Source: an uncultured Bacilli bacterium (GTDB lineage Bacteria; Bacillota_I; Bacilli_A; RF39; UBA660). Taken from it: 64,000 nucleotides of DNA. The stretch lies in the NCBI GenBank assembly GCA_944350495.1, contig CALVOZ010000002.1, positions 9,421 to 73,420 on the forward strand. Direction: 5' to 3'. The notes beneath the pieces are model-generated. The model saw only the letters and a list, made by a program, of their open reading frames with translations. It was not told the DNA's origin and did no database searches. A program made the position numbers and the translations under genes. Every line of letters starts with the position of its first letter. Position 1 is the stretch's first letter. Below are positions 9,570 to 19,792 of this stretch, one piece after another.

Positions 9570-10202
9570 TTATATATTATGTTTTATTAACCAATCTTCC
9601 ATACTTAAATTAATTATATCCACTTTTTTTATACAATATTGAGCAATTACTTTTTTATCTCTTCCTAAAATAAGACTTTTATCTTTAACGTTTTCATGAT
9701 AAAAATAGCCTAATACTATATCAAATTCTTTATCTTTTTGATTTGCTAAATACTTTAAAAAGTTATTTATTGTGACTCCAGTTAACTTTCCTAATTCATT
9801 AAGTTCATGAGTTGGTGCCTTTGCTTGTTCCTGAATAATTTGTCTATAGTCTAAAATTTTATAATAAAATTTTGGATATGCTCTTTTTAAAAAAGCAATA
9901 TATTGCTGATTCCAGTACAAATTGTCTAAATCCATAATTCTATCTTTATCAATATTTAAATTTACTATTATGCCAACTGGCTTGCAAAAATAATTTTTAC
10001 CCTTAACTAAATTTTTACCAAGTTTAATAGCATACGGGTCATTTATATTCCAAAAATATACTCCATCACCAAGCCATTCAATTTTATTATTTTTTTCATC
10101 ATGTATACTTGGTTTAAACCCATTACTTTCTACAATTTTTTTTAAACATTTATTAGATGTAATATGAATTAATGTTAATAATTGTTTAGTAATTTCTTTC
10201 AT
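9570..10202 (-). CDS. uncharacterised 210-aa protein, candidate toxin (weak DarT/DUF4433-like resemblance)
   Basis: First gene of a 3-gene operon; N-terminal LIHITSNKCL and later KDKEFDIVLGYF are reminiscent of recalled DarT motifs; unverified. Confidence 0.3.
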   Translation of the reverse strand: MKEITKQLLTLIHITSNKCLKKIVESNGFKPSIHDEKNNKIEWLGDGVYFWNINDPYAIKLGKNLVKGKNYFCKPVGIIVNLNIDKDRIMDLDNLYWNQQYIAFLKRAYPKFYYKILDYRQIIQEQAKAPTHELNELGKLTGVTINNFLKYLANQKDKEFDIVLGYFYHENVKDKSLILGRDKKVIAQYCIKKVDIINLSMEDWLIKHNI

Positions 10203-10372
10203 AAAGACTCCATAAATCTCAAGTAAAAAATAGATAAGAAAAACATATTTCTCTTCACATTCTTACATTATTATATATATTCATTGTACAATAATTTTTA
10301 ATGTTTTTCAAGTTACAAACTTGCAACATTATCAAATGAATGTTTAATATAGTATCACAAACAATGTTAAAA

Positions 10373-10424
10373 ATCAATAAAAAAAAGGTATCAGCACTGA
10401 CACTGATACCTTTTTTATTTTTTT
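10373..10424. terminator. bidirectional terminator
   Basis: GGTATCAG-cactgaca-CTGATACC stem flanked by A-run and T-run. Confidence 0.6.
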
Positions 10425-11245
10425 AACTTTCCATTTTTTAATAAATTTAACATTTTAATATTTTGCTCTGCTGTACCTCTATAATCATCAATATTATTCT
10501 TTTCTGCTATCTTTTGTCGATTGCTAAAAGAACTATCAACTTTTATACTTTTTAACCCATCAACAATAGAATTTCCTTTGTATGAGCATTTTGAATAATA
10601 AGATTGAACAATTTCTTTTATTTCAGATTCTTCTGTCCCGATTACTCCTTCAACTTTAGGCAAATATTTGAATGTGATACCATTCCGATTCTTAATTGCT
10701 GTAAAATCTTTATCCACAAAGAAAGCACTTTCAGGCTTGATTGGTGAGTTTATAACCCATCCACCTTTTGAATTTTCTTTCCAACCATTCCCACTAAATT
10801 TTTTATTAGATACTTGTATCTCAACATGATTACCGGTTGCTTTCCCATCTTTACCTTCACGAAACATTTTTTCGCCTTGTTTAAAAGTTTTTCCAACTTT
10901 TAATTTTTCCAAGTCATCATCATTAGGATGTATAAAAAGTATAGTAGCATAACTTTCAGAACCGTTTGCTAGTTTTACTTTTTCTAAAGACTCTATCCAA
11001 ATAGTATTAGTGCCATTATTATCTACACCATATATTCTTTTTATTTTACAATCACAAGGTGCATATACATATTCTCTACTAAAAGTACTACCACACTCAT
11101 CAATAGGATAACCTTTTGGCGTTCCTGTATAAAAAGGCTTATGAGAAAAAGAATCCTTATAATTTTGACTAATATTCATAGTCTTCATAGGATATTTTAA
11201 ATACTGCATACTATTCATCTCCTTTACTTGTATCTTTTTTTGCAA
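10415..11245 (-). CDS. putative endolysin (peptidase-like N-terminal region plus C-terminal wall-binding-like repeat)
   Basis: Directly downstream of and overlapping the holin; GNHVEI segment resembles an M23-type metal site; catalytic class unresolved. Confidence 0.45.
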   Translation of the reverse strand: MQKKIQVKEMNSMQYLKYPMKTMNISQNYKDSFSHKPFYTGTPKGYPIDECGSTFSREYVYAPCDCKIKRIYGVDNNGTNTIWIESLEKVKLANGSESYATILFIHPNDDDLEKLKVGKTFKQGEKMFREGKDGKATGNHVEIQVSNKKFSGNGWKENSKGGWVINSPIKPESAFFVDKDFTAIKNRNGITFKYLPKVEGVIGTEESEIKEIVQSYYSKCSYKGNSIVDGLKSIKVDSSFSNRQKIAEKNNIDDYRGTAEQNIKMLNLLKNGKLKK

Positions 11246-11396
11246 AATAAAACGTGAAAACCATTACTATAATAGTCATCACGTCATTTGGATCAAATTT
11301 ATTAGCTAATAAGCCATAAACCAATAAACCGGTCAGTATTAATGTTACAATACTCTTTAAATCAATTAGTTTCGCTACTTTTTCTATTATTTTCAT
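11211..11396 (-). CDS. holin
   Basis: 61 aa, two TM helices, charged C-terminus; immediately precedes the lysin. Confidence 0.6.
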   Translation of the reverse strand: MKIIEKVAKLIDLKSIVTLILTGLLVYGLLANKFDPNDVMTIIVMVFTFYFAKKDTSKGDE

Positions 11397-11408
11397 ATTT
11401 TATCACTC

Positions 11409-12047
11409 CTACTTGTTATTTAGTTTTTCTTCAATAAAAAATTTTAATTTTAATATTTCTCTTTTTTCTTTTTCAGTATAAACATGATGAGGCCCAGTTG
11501 TATACTGAACCCCCAAAAATCCAATAGGTTCTCCGCTATCGTTTTCTAATACGGCATCATAAAATGATTTTATAGATTGTTCTTTTTTTAAATTATACGT
11601 TGAAGGCATTTGAGTTTTAATATCTTCCAAATCTTGAACTTCTAAAATGTTATTTCTCAAAAGTTCATCGACAAAATGAGGGATGCAGGATAAAGGAACA
11701 GCTTGTAGTTCTCTTTGATATTTTTTTATTCCCGCTCGAACTACTTCATATGTGCAACTAGTTTTTAATGCTGATCTCCCGTTGGCGTAATGACCGCCAT
11801 TATGAAAATCATATACTTGTACCCTATCAGCCTTTAAAATTTCTTTTGCGTACTCCATCTTATTAATTATTTCTAAATCAGAATTTGTTTGTTTTTTTAT
11901 TTTTGATGGGATTGTTTCTTCAACTTCTTTTTTTACTTTTTTTAAAGTTACAAGAAGGCCACAAATAGAAGTTAGAAGTGCTGTCAAACTAATTATAATT
12001 GTGTTTATATTATCCAAATTTATCACTCCTATTCTAAGCACCAACAA
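11409..12047 (-). CDS. membrane-anchored phage protein, unknown function
   Basis: N-terminal TM; lies between the tail genes and the holin. Confidence 0.35.
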   Translation of the reverse strand: MLVLRIGVINLDNINTIIISLTALLTSICGLLVTLKKVKKEVEETIPSKIKKQTNSDLEIINKMEYAKEILKADRVQVYDFHNGGHYANGRSALKTSCTYEVVRAGIKKYQRELQAVPLSCIPHFVDELLRNNILEVQDLEDIKTQMPSTYNLKKEQSIKSFYDAVLENDSGEPIGFLGVQYTTGPHHVYTEKEKREILKLKFFIEEKLNNK

Positions 12048-13903
12048 CCAGAGATGTACATGTCATCACTACTTACCTTATCTGCACTAGTAGTAAAAGA
12101 TATTTCTCCAGTAGAAGTGATACTTGCTTTTAATACTTCTGCATAATCTTGCAATCCGTCCATTGCTAACGCAGTTCTTCTTGCAGGACGATACTCAGAA
12201 GCTACTGTTCCAATTGTATGACGCTCACCTGTAGCAAAAGACTTTCCGGTTAAATATATAGCACAAAAACACATACTTAATTTAGGAAAATAAAATGCTT
12301 TATAAGTACTACCACTTGGTAAACCATTGATTGTTATATCAACTCTTTTTAGCATCTCTTCTAAATATTGCTGCACAAAATTTGATACTGCTTTTGCACT
12401 CGGAATTTCTTCATCAGATGAAGTTGATAAAATTAAACTGACTTTATTTATAACTTCTTGGACAATTCCAGCTGAATTTATAAATTTAATATAATTACTA
12501 CCATCTGCCTTTTCATATAAATCATAATCTAAAATTTCATTGCCACTCTTTTGGTAAACAACCGTATTATGATTAAAGTTATTTTTGCCCCAATTGTAAG
12601 TTGGAATTCCAACACCTCTCGTTTGAGTAAATAGTTGCTCACTGGCAGCATCTTCTGCTAACAATTCAAAATCATACGATTGCTGATAGTCAAAATTATT
12701 TCCTAACAATATTGGATTTTCTCCATTTGAAAACGTATTTCCACTAATTACAGGAACTAAATTTATATAATTACTCCAATTATCAGTTCCTCTTATCTTA
12801 TATCTATACTTTAAAGATAATGAATTAGTTACTTTACCAAAAGTATTATTGAAATAATTTCCATTAAATGTTACAGCCATTTCACCAGTGGTTGGTTGTA
12901 CACGATAAAAGTTTGCATTCAAAGTTAATTTTATATAATCAATCAAGGACAGTCCACTCACTTCAGTGCTATTATGTATTCCTCTACTATCTATAGTGCT
13001 TACTACAAACTTAGATGACTCAACTGCTAAAATGATTCCATCTTCGTTTAAAGTTTTTCCATCACCACAGCTAATGGATTTACTTACTATACTAGCTCCA
13101 TTTTTGGCTAAAGTACTTAACGAAACTTGAACATTTGAAACGTACTTGACAATCTTACTTTCATCACCAGTAAGATTCAATGATTTTTCATTAATATCTT
13201 TAACTACCGCACTCACTTCAGGTTTATTTATTTCTTCATTAACTGATGCTCTAAATGTAGTCTCTGAAGTTCCTATCAAGGTTTCTTCATTGTATGTTTC
13301 ACATCTTATAATACAATTTAAACTTTTTGCATTCGGAATTAAAGTATAAAAAAAAGTTGGTATCATCCAACCGTACGACGTTTCTACATTAGATACAATA
13401 TCATTAAAATTAACACCTTCGTCAATAGAATATAGTAATTTATGCGTAAACGATGCACTTGCTCTAGCAATATTAATACTTGTTGCACTTCCAATGTATG
13501 CATCTGTTGCTGTAACTGTGCTAGTCCTAGGAATTGTAGGAACAGATGAAGATGATATCTTTCCATTAGTTGAGCCACTTATATGTGATGAATTAGCGTA
13601 TAATGCGACATTTTTTCCTGGGAATGAGCCATCAGAATTATGAGTAATTACCAATAAAATAGTATCTAATAAATGATCACCAGGTCCATATGAATAAGAA
13701 CCAGTTTTAATCGTTTTATTATTTAATTTAAAGGTTGAATAAGATGAAATTACTGTAGTTCCACCACCATAGTAAAAATATCCTCTCAGATTGAATGTTG
13801 ATTGATTAGTAAGCACATTTTGAGATACTAGTTGCCATGTACCAATATATGAAGTTGAATAACTACCACTAAGTTTTGCTAATTGATTTCCTATTCGTGC
13901 CAT
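12029..13903 (-). CDS. phage minor structural / receptor-binding tail protein (DUF859-like N-terminus)
   Basis: N-terminal SGSYSTSYIGTWQL motif typical of siphovirus minor structural proteins; position after Tal. Confidence 0.5.
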   Translation of the reverse strand: MARIGNQLAKLSGSYSTSYIGTWQLVSQNVLTNQSTFNLRGYFYYGGGTTVISSYSTFKLNNKTIKTGSYSYGPGDHLLDTILLVITHNSDGSFPGKNVALYANSSHISGSTNGKISSSSVPTIPRTSTVTATDAYIGSATSINIARASASFTHKLLYSIDEGVNFNDIVSNVETSYGWMIPTFFYTLIPNAKSLNCIIRCETYNEETLIGTSETTFRASVNEEINKPEVSAVVKDINEKSLNLTGDESKIVKYVSNVQVSLSTLAKNGASIVSKSISCGDGKTLNEDGIILAVESSKFVVSTIDSRGIHNSTEVSGLSLIDYIKLTLNANFYRVQPTTGEMAVTFNGNYFNNTFGKVTNSLSLKYRYKIRGTDNWSNYINLVPVISGNTFSNGENPILLGNNFDYQQSYDFELLAEDAASEQLFTQTRGVGIPTYNWGKNNFNHNTVVYQKSGNEILDYDLYEKADGSNYIKFINSAGIVQEVINKVSLILSTSSDEEIPSAKAVSNFVQQYLEEMLKRVDITINGLPSGSTYKAFYFPKLSMCFCAIYLTGKSFATGERHTIGTVASEYRPARRTALAMDGLQDYAEVLKASITSTGEISFTTSADKVSSDDMYISGCWCLE

Positions 13904-13905
13904 AG

Positions 13906-16308
13906 TTATTCATCCCCTTCTCCAATATAAAATACACCTGTTTGATTTTCCATATAATCTTCCATTCTAGAATTTTTACCAATAACTAAATATTTCCTTA
14001 CCGTTACATTTTCTGCTCTAACACCTGCATTATCAGCTCCTAAAACTTCTTCATCCTCTCTACTTACATATATTCCTTTATTATTTACTAAATTTTTCAT
14101 TTCTTCACCAGTTTTTGAAATGTTTAGTCCATCTTTATCAAAAACAAATCCCGTTTCTGTCACAACTTTATTAACACCATTTTGTACAATTGATGATATT
14201 GAAACAGAGAAATCCAACGCAGTTTGTTGCAACTCAACAATTTGAGACTTTAATGTATCAATACTCGACTTGTTGTCATTTAATTGTGAATCAATCTCTT
14301 CTTTAGTACTATAGTTATTATTCAAGTTTTCCTGAATAGAATCAGTTTGATCACGAATATCATTTAATTCATCGGATACTACGATTGCCGTATCAATCCA
14401 ATTATAGTCATCAAATATATTAGAATCTACTTCGCTATTATCAACATAAGTACCTTGCCAACGTGCAACAGTCTTTCCTCCGTTTGCGCTAAAAGCTTCT
14501 CCGTCCTCAGACCATTTTATATGCAAATATGAATTCAAGCCATTAGAACCTGCTACACCTTGTTGTCCTTGAATACCCTGTATTCCTTGATCTCCTTTAA
14601 TCTTAGACCATATATATGCACTAGGAGTGGTTGGTGGTGTCGGAGATGTAGTGTTTGAAACTCCTAAGTATTCGGTTGTTTCAGTTGGGGTTGCTGTCAT
14701 ATCTCTTCCATCAGAAAAAGATGAATATCTAATATAAAAATAAGACGATGTCCCGTCTTCACCAGGTGGCCCTTGTTGGCCTGGAATGCCTTGTGCTCCA
14801 GCAGTTGATAATGTTAGATTAATTTGCTTTGTAACTGAATAAGTACTACCATCGCTATTGTAATTAAAAATCACATTATAATTATTACTAATATTATCAA
14901 TAGTTACATTTTTATCGACTGAAAAGATTATTTTAGAACCGGCAATTTGAGTTGTTATTCCAACATTTGAATCATTAAGCTCAACCGATGGCATTACTTG
15001 TTTACCTTTAAAATAAGCATAAAAATCAACTACATAATTAGTCGTATCCAATGGTAATTTATTACTACCGGTTGGTATTGTCAGCGTATACTGTGATAAA
15101 TCAACATTAAAATAGTTTATTGAATCCTCTAAGTCTTTAATATCTGTTTCAGTAGTAGCAACACTTTCTTTAATACTATCTAACGACATTTCAAACGATG
15201 TAATAGATTTATTAAATTCGCCTATATCTTCAATAACAAGATTTATTTTTTGATTAATTTCATCTATCTCTGATTGAATTCTTCTAATTCTTTCTTTTGA
15301 TGATACTTTATCTGTTGTTGAATTTTTATTAAACCTCTCTAAGCGAGTGTTATATTTACCATAAAAACCATTAGCAAATTTCCAATCCATTTGTGCAAAA
15401 GATTGAATCCCATTAGCTATTATTTTATCTCCGGTGTCGATTGCTGGATTACCCCATATTCTTAATTCTAATGTTTGATATTGTAATCCTTTTAATGTAT
15501 CATAAATTTGATTGACTTCTTCTTGAGTGCAGGAAAATGGACTATCACTCGTTAAATAAATAATATCTCCGTCATCAGTTCCCTTTTCAAATTTTTGTGT
15601 AGCATTTTCATAAACGATTTTGGTCAATGTTTTTAATTCATTCGTTTTATAATCTCCAATTTTATTTGATGGCAATTCGTGTCTACCAACATCTGCAAAT
15701 GATTTAATTATTAATTTATTTGTTATTTTATTTATTTTTGCAAAACCAGCAGCTCTTTCACTTATATAACTTAGATATTTAGTACCTAATATTGTGTTAT
15801 CATAAACGCCAACTATTACATCACCATTAATAAATGAACTATTTTCTAATTCAACTCCATAATAAGAACACATTGCATTTACTAACTCATATCTAGTGCA
15901 AGGAATTAGCTCACTTGCATCAAAAAGACTTTCGAATTTTGACATATAATCTACTAATGTAAATTTTGTAAATTCTTCTGAACTTTCTTCTTTACTTTTA
16001 ACTATATATTTACCTAATGGAATAACTTCTTCTGTGTTGTCATCTATTTTTAAATGAAATTTAAATTCTATTTCTGAAAAATTTTGAATATCATAATAAA
16101 TATCATTGTTAAGCTCTATTATGTATTGACTAATAACTGCACTACCTAAACAAAAAGAAGTCCCTTCAAAAACAGCATCCTTATAAGAGATACTTCTTAC
16201 GTAATCATTGTTCACGGTAGTTCCGTTGATAATCAGTTCAATATTTTGTAACGAATCTTCATCATATATCAATTCTTCAAATTTATCATTTTTAGGTATA
16301 TAAGACAT
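13906..16308 (-). CDS. tail-associated lysin/endopeptidase tail protein (Tal) with collagen-like G-X-Y repeats
   Basis: 800 aa after Dit; GAQGIPGQQGPPGEDG and GDQGIQGIQGQQGVAGSNG tracts. Confidence 0.55.
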   Translation of the reverse strand: MSYIPKNDKFEELIYDEDSLQNIELIINGTTVNNDYVRSISYKDAVFEGTSFCLGSAVISQYIIELNNDIYYDIQNFSEIEFKFHLKIDDNTEEVIPLGKYIVKSKEESSEEFTKFTLVDYMSKFESLFDASELIPCTRYELVNAMCSYYGVELENSSFINGDVIVGVYDNTILGTKYLSYISERAAGFAKINKITNKLIIKSFADVGRHELPSNKIGDYKTNELKTLTKIVYENATQKFEKGTDDGDIIYLTSDSPFSCTQEEVNQIYDTLKGLQYQTLELRIWGNPAIDTGDKIIANGIQSFAQMDWKFANGFYGKYNTRLERFNKNSTTDKVSSKERIRRIQSEIDEINQKINLVIEDIGEFNKSITSFEMSLDSIKESVATTETDIKDLEDSINYFNVDLSQYTLTIPTGSNKLPLDTTNYVVDFYAYFKGKQVMPSVELNDSNVGITTQIAGSKIIFSVDKNVTIDNISNNYNVIFNYNSDGSTYSVTKQINLTLSTAGAQGIPGQQGPPGEDGTSSYFYIRYSSFSDGRDMTATPTETTEYLGVSNTTSPTPPTTPSAYIWSKIKGDQGIQGIQGQQGVAGSNGLNSYLHIKWSEDGEAFSANGGKTVARWQGTYVDNSEVDSNIFDDYNWIDTAIVVSDELNDIRDQTDSIQENLNNNYSTKEEIDSQLNDNKSSIDTLKSQIVELQQTALDFSVSISSIVQNGVNKVVTETGFVFDKDGLNISKTGEEMKNLVNNKGIYVSREDEEVLGADNAGVRAENVTVRKYLVIGKNSRMEDYMENQTGVFYIGEGDE

Positions 16309-16694
16309 TATTGACCTCTAACTTTCGCTTTTTGAGAGCAAGTAAATGATACTTTCCATTTCGTTTCTGTACTTTCTGTTTCGTCGTCAGTAGAAATCAT
16401 GTCGCAAGTCCTTTTAGCACATCTAAAGTCAGCCGACAAAACTTTTCCACCTAAAATTGGGCATTTTATAGTTAATGGCATGGGATTATTCCAAGTTAAA
16501 GCCATCAGTTCCTCAGCTTCCGCTTCTGTAAGATAATCAAAAGAAAAAGATACTTTAACCATACCCTTCGCCAATGTTTTATCAATTAAACTTGCATTTG
16601 CTGTTGAACGATAACTATCGATATCAATATCATCAATATTTATTTTAAAAGATGAGGGTGACTTTTGTGTCACCCCATTATATTTCCAAACCAT
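16308..16694 (-). CDS. short distal-tail (Dit)-like protein
   Basis: Position between tape measure and Tal; small for a Dit. Confidence 0.35.
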   Translation of the reverse strand: MVWKYNGVTQKSPSSFKINIDDIDIDSYRSTANASLIDKTLAKGMVKVSFSFDYLTEAEAEELMALTWNNPMPLTIKCPILGGKVLSADFRCAKRTCDMISTDDETESTETKWKVSFTCSQKAKVRGQ

Positions 16695-16697
16695 ATA

Positions 16698-19283
16698 TTA
16701 CATCTCCTTTATTACACTTACACCTAATCGTTCACTTTTATCATTGATATAGTCGATTGTGTCATCATAGAAGTTTTCACCTGCTACATTTACAACGATT
16801 CTATCAACTCTAGTTCCTCCAAAATCAAATTCATTTAATACAGCTCTAAATGAATCTTTCATTATGCTTACTGGAGAAGTGACCTCAGGATTTGATTTAG
16901 CACCAGGATATTCACCAAATTGTGCTATTAAAGGTTCTGTTGCAACGTTACCTGTTGCTAATTGTGGTATTTGTGGAACTGGTAATGGATTTTGATCCCA
17001 TAATCCTTTAAATGGTTTAACATCAATGATCGGAATATTACAATTTCTGATTTTGTTTAACAATCCATTAACTACATCAAATGGAACTTTTATAACTCTA
17101 TTAATACCACTAATGATTGCATTTACCATTGTTTTGAATGCTGATGCAATTCCATCAACAATTCCAACAAATATTTTTCCACCTGCGGAAAAGATATTTT
17201 TTATAAAATCCCACGTTCCAGAAATGATTCCTTTTATATTTTCAAACGCTTTTGACCAGTTTCCAGTAAATACATTTTTAATAAAATCAACAATTTCTAA
17301 TCCAATATCTATAATATTGCCTAAAGCTTTAAACAACGGATTTAAAGCTGGAACTATTTTATCAATAAACCAACTCATAATTGGTGATACAAACTGTTCC
17401 CAAATCCAACCGGCTATTTCAATAAATTTTGCGCCTAATTCAATGATTTTTTCGAACAGATATTTTCCTCCATCATCCCATATTTCTTTGAATTTTTTGG
17501 TCAAATCTTCAAATTTAGATGATAAATCATTAACTATTCCCATAAATGTATCACATATAGGTTGACCTAATTCATCCCATTTTTCTTTAAATGTATCAAA
17601 TACACTCTTAATTATTAATAATAAATTATTATATCCATTCCATATGTTTTGAACTGTTTGAGTGCCAATATTATTTTTATTCCATGCATCACTCAAAGAT
17701 GAAGAAACTTGACCAATTATATTTAATATCGAACCAAAAAGTTCAAATATAATATTCATTGTTTCTAAACCCGTTCCATTTGTCCATACCTCAAATAACG
17801 ATGTAAAAACAGAACTTCCAAAATCTGATAAGCCTGTTAATGCGGCAATTATCCCATCCACTACAACTTGACCTGAATTATCCCATGCATCCTTAATTGG
17901 TGCAAATAGTTGTGAAAATATAGATTTGGCCGAATTTAAAAATTTTTGTAATGGTGTTATATCAATAGTTTCAATTGTGATTGTTTGAGATTCATCACCA
18001 TTTGTTGAAGTTCCACTTGATAATGTGTCAATATCATCAATCCCACTTAGTGATTTGCTAGTGCTTAATGCTTTCTTAGTCGCTTCTTCCTGCTTTTTCA
18101 GTGATTTAGCGTTCGCCCTTGCTACTAAATCAACTCCTGTCAATGTTTTTACAAATGTAGCCGCCGTACTAACTAATTTGCTAAATAAACTTGCAACATA
18201 TTCAAGCACTGGAGCTAATAAACTTCCTAGTACATTCCAAGAATTTTGAATAGAATCTTGCAATTGAGTATCAAAACTCAAATATGCTTGACTAGCCTTA
18301 CTAATTGCTGTAAATGCCGTTCTAATACTCAACAGCGATAACGCAAATCTTTTTATTGAATTAATTCCTGAAGATAAACTTTTTCCAAATTCAATACCGA
18401 AAGAATTTCCTTTTTTCTTAGTTTTATCTGTTTCTTTCCCAACTTCGCGAATTTTACTAACTAACATTTTTAATTTATTAAGTGGACTCCCTACTGTATT
18501 CGCTGACTCATTAATATTAGCTTTTAATTCTGTAAACGCATTTTTGCCAACCGTACCAATATTTTTAAATATTGAAGTAACCGGTGAGAGTCTACTTTTT
18601 ACTTCATTCATCGTTTCATTAAAAATATTCTTTATTGTGCTAGTTTTTTGATTTACTGTGTCTATACCGATTTTCCAACCCTCAATTGCATCATTAATTC
18701 TCAAGCCTTGAAAAGCATTTTGAAATTCTGATTTAACTTTTGCCACAGAAGGTATTAATTGTTCAATTTGCATACCTACTGTTACTAGTTGCTCTTTAAT
18801 AGTTAATGCATTAAAATCATTTAATCTTTGTTGCAAAGAATAGATGTCTTTATCTGCTTGTGAAGTATCAACTTCTACCGCTATCGGCGAAAAATTTGAA
18901 GTGGTAGTTGATGAATTAGTGACTTCGTTTGTTACTTTATTTGTAACAACATCTACACTTGTCTCTTCACTAGCTAACTTATTGTACGCTTCTTTGGACT
19001 TCTTATCAAAATCACTAAAATCAGCATTGACTTTAAAACTTACATTTCCATCAAAAATTTCTATTTCGTGAATTTCATCCTTTATTTTTTTTACTTCCTC
19101 TATTCCTGATTTTATATTGTTCTTAAATTTTTCTAAATCAGTTTTATTTATATTTTTTATATCTTTAATAACAGAATTAGCAAATACTTTTGAATCATTT
19201 GCAATTTTTTTTATATCTTTACGAGCTGATTCTACCTGAGCTCTAACAATAATTTCCAATTCTTCTATTATTTTATTATTCAC
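16698..19283 (-). CDS. tail tape measure protein
   Basis: 861 aa; N-terminal coiled-coil; Gly/Trp/Phe-rich repeated hydrophobic blocks; follows the G/GT chaperone. Confidence 0.8.
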   Translation of the reverse strand: MNNKIIEELEIIVRAQVESARKDIKKIANDSKVFANSVIKDIKNINKTDLEKFKNNIKSGIEEVKKIKDEIHEIEIFDGNVSFKVNADFSDFDKKSKEAYNKLASEETSVDVVTNKVTNEVTNSSTTTSNFSPIAVEVDTSQADKDIYSLQQRLNDFNALTIKEQLVTVGMQIEQLIPSVAKVKSEFQNAFQGLRINDAIEGWKIGIDTVNQKTSTIKNIFNETMNEVKSRLSPVTSIFKNIGTVGKNAFTELKANINESANTVGSPLNKLKMLVSKIREVGKETDKTKKKGNSFGIEFGKSLSSGINSIKRFALSLLSIRTAFTAISKASQAYLSFDTQLQDSIQNSWNVLGSLLAPVLEYVASLFSKLVSTAATFVKTLTGVDLVARANAKSLKKQEEATKKALSTSKSLSGIDDIDTLSSGTSTNGDESQTITIETIDITPLQKFLNSAKSIFSQLFAPIKDAWDNSGQVVVDGIIAALTGLSDFGSSVFTSLFEVWTNGTGLETMNIIFELFGSILNIIGQVSSSLSDAWNKNNIGTQTVQNIWNGYNNLLLIIKSVFDTFKEKWDELGQPICDTFMGIVNDLSSKFEDLTKKFKEIWDDGGKYLFEKIIELGAKFIEIAGWIWEQFVSPIMSWFIDKIVPALNPLFKALGNIIDIGLEIVDFIKNVFTGNWSKAFENIKGIISGTWDFIKNIFSAGGKIFVGIVDGIASAFKTMVNAIISGINRVIKVPFDVVNGLLNKIRNCNIPIIDVKPFKGLWDQNPLPVPQIPQLATGNVATEPLIAQFGEYPGAKSNPEVTSPVSIMKDSFRAVLNEFDFGGTRVDRIVVNVAGENFYDDTIDYINDKSERLGVSVIKEM

Positions 19284-19318
19284 AATATCCCTCCTTTCCT
19301 ACAAATAAAAAAGTACGA

Positions 19319-19792
19319 TTATTTCATACTTCTCAAAATTCTAACTTGCTCTTCAATAGTCTGAACATGTGATGAGGGATTAAGTTCTTCTTTAAATAAA
19401 TCTTTAAAAGTATCAGCAACTAAACTTATATTTTTCGGACGTTTTGTTGCTATTGCATTTAAAATTTTATTTCCTAACGCATCCAATATCATTATTTCTC
19501 TTTTATAATCTTCTTCCTTTTGCAAAGAGTTGGACCTAGCAAACAAATATGCTTCTCTATATGTACAGTTCCAAAATTCTGCTGGTTTCATGCCATATCG
19601 ATAACAAATAGGTTCGAGGTCATATATTTGCTCCTTAAAGTCTACCCTTGATATCCCTTGAACTCTTCCTCTGCCATCTTGTCGATCATTTTTTGGGCTG
19701 CATTCCTTGCTAATTCTTGAATATTTATCTCTGATACCGGATTTTTCAATTGCGCACTCAGCTCCTCTTTGCTCATAATTGTTTTGAAAAAA
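19319..19792 (-). CDS. tail assembly chaperone GT, -1 frameshift extension (fusion product 19319..20094)
   Basis: The -1 frame is closed by TGA at 19799-19801 and opens at the U_UUU_UUC heptamer (19786..19792), then runs to 19319. Confidence 0.55.
   Translation of the reverse strand, partial: FFQNNYEQRGAECAIEKSGIRDKYSRISKECSPKNDRQDGRGRVQGISRVDFKEQIYDLEPICYRYGMKPAEFWNCTYREAYLFARSNSLQKEEDYKREIMILDALGNKILNAIATKRPKNISLVADTFKDLFKEELNPSSHVQTIEEQVRILRSMK

Noticed and set aside
17026-17565. 179-aa plus-strand ORF, and similar plus-strand ORFs (18025..18249, 18844..19071, 13146..13349, 23186..23464, 38180..38374, 38687..38974)
   Set aside because: All sit inside long, well-supported minus-strand phage genes and lack RBSs; shadow ORFs.
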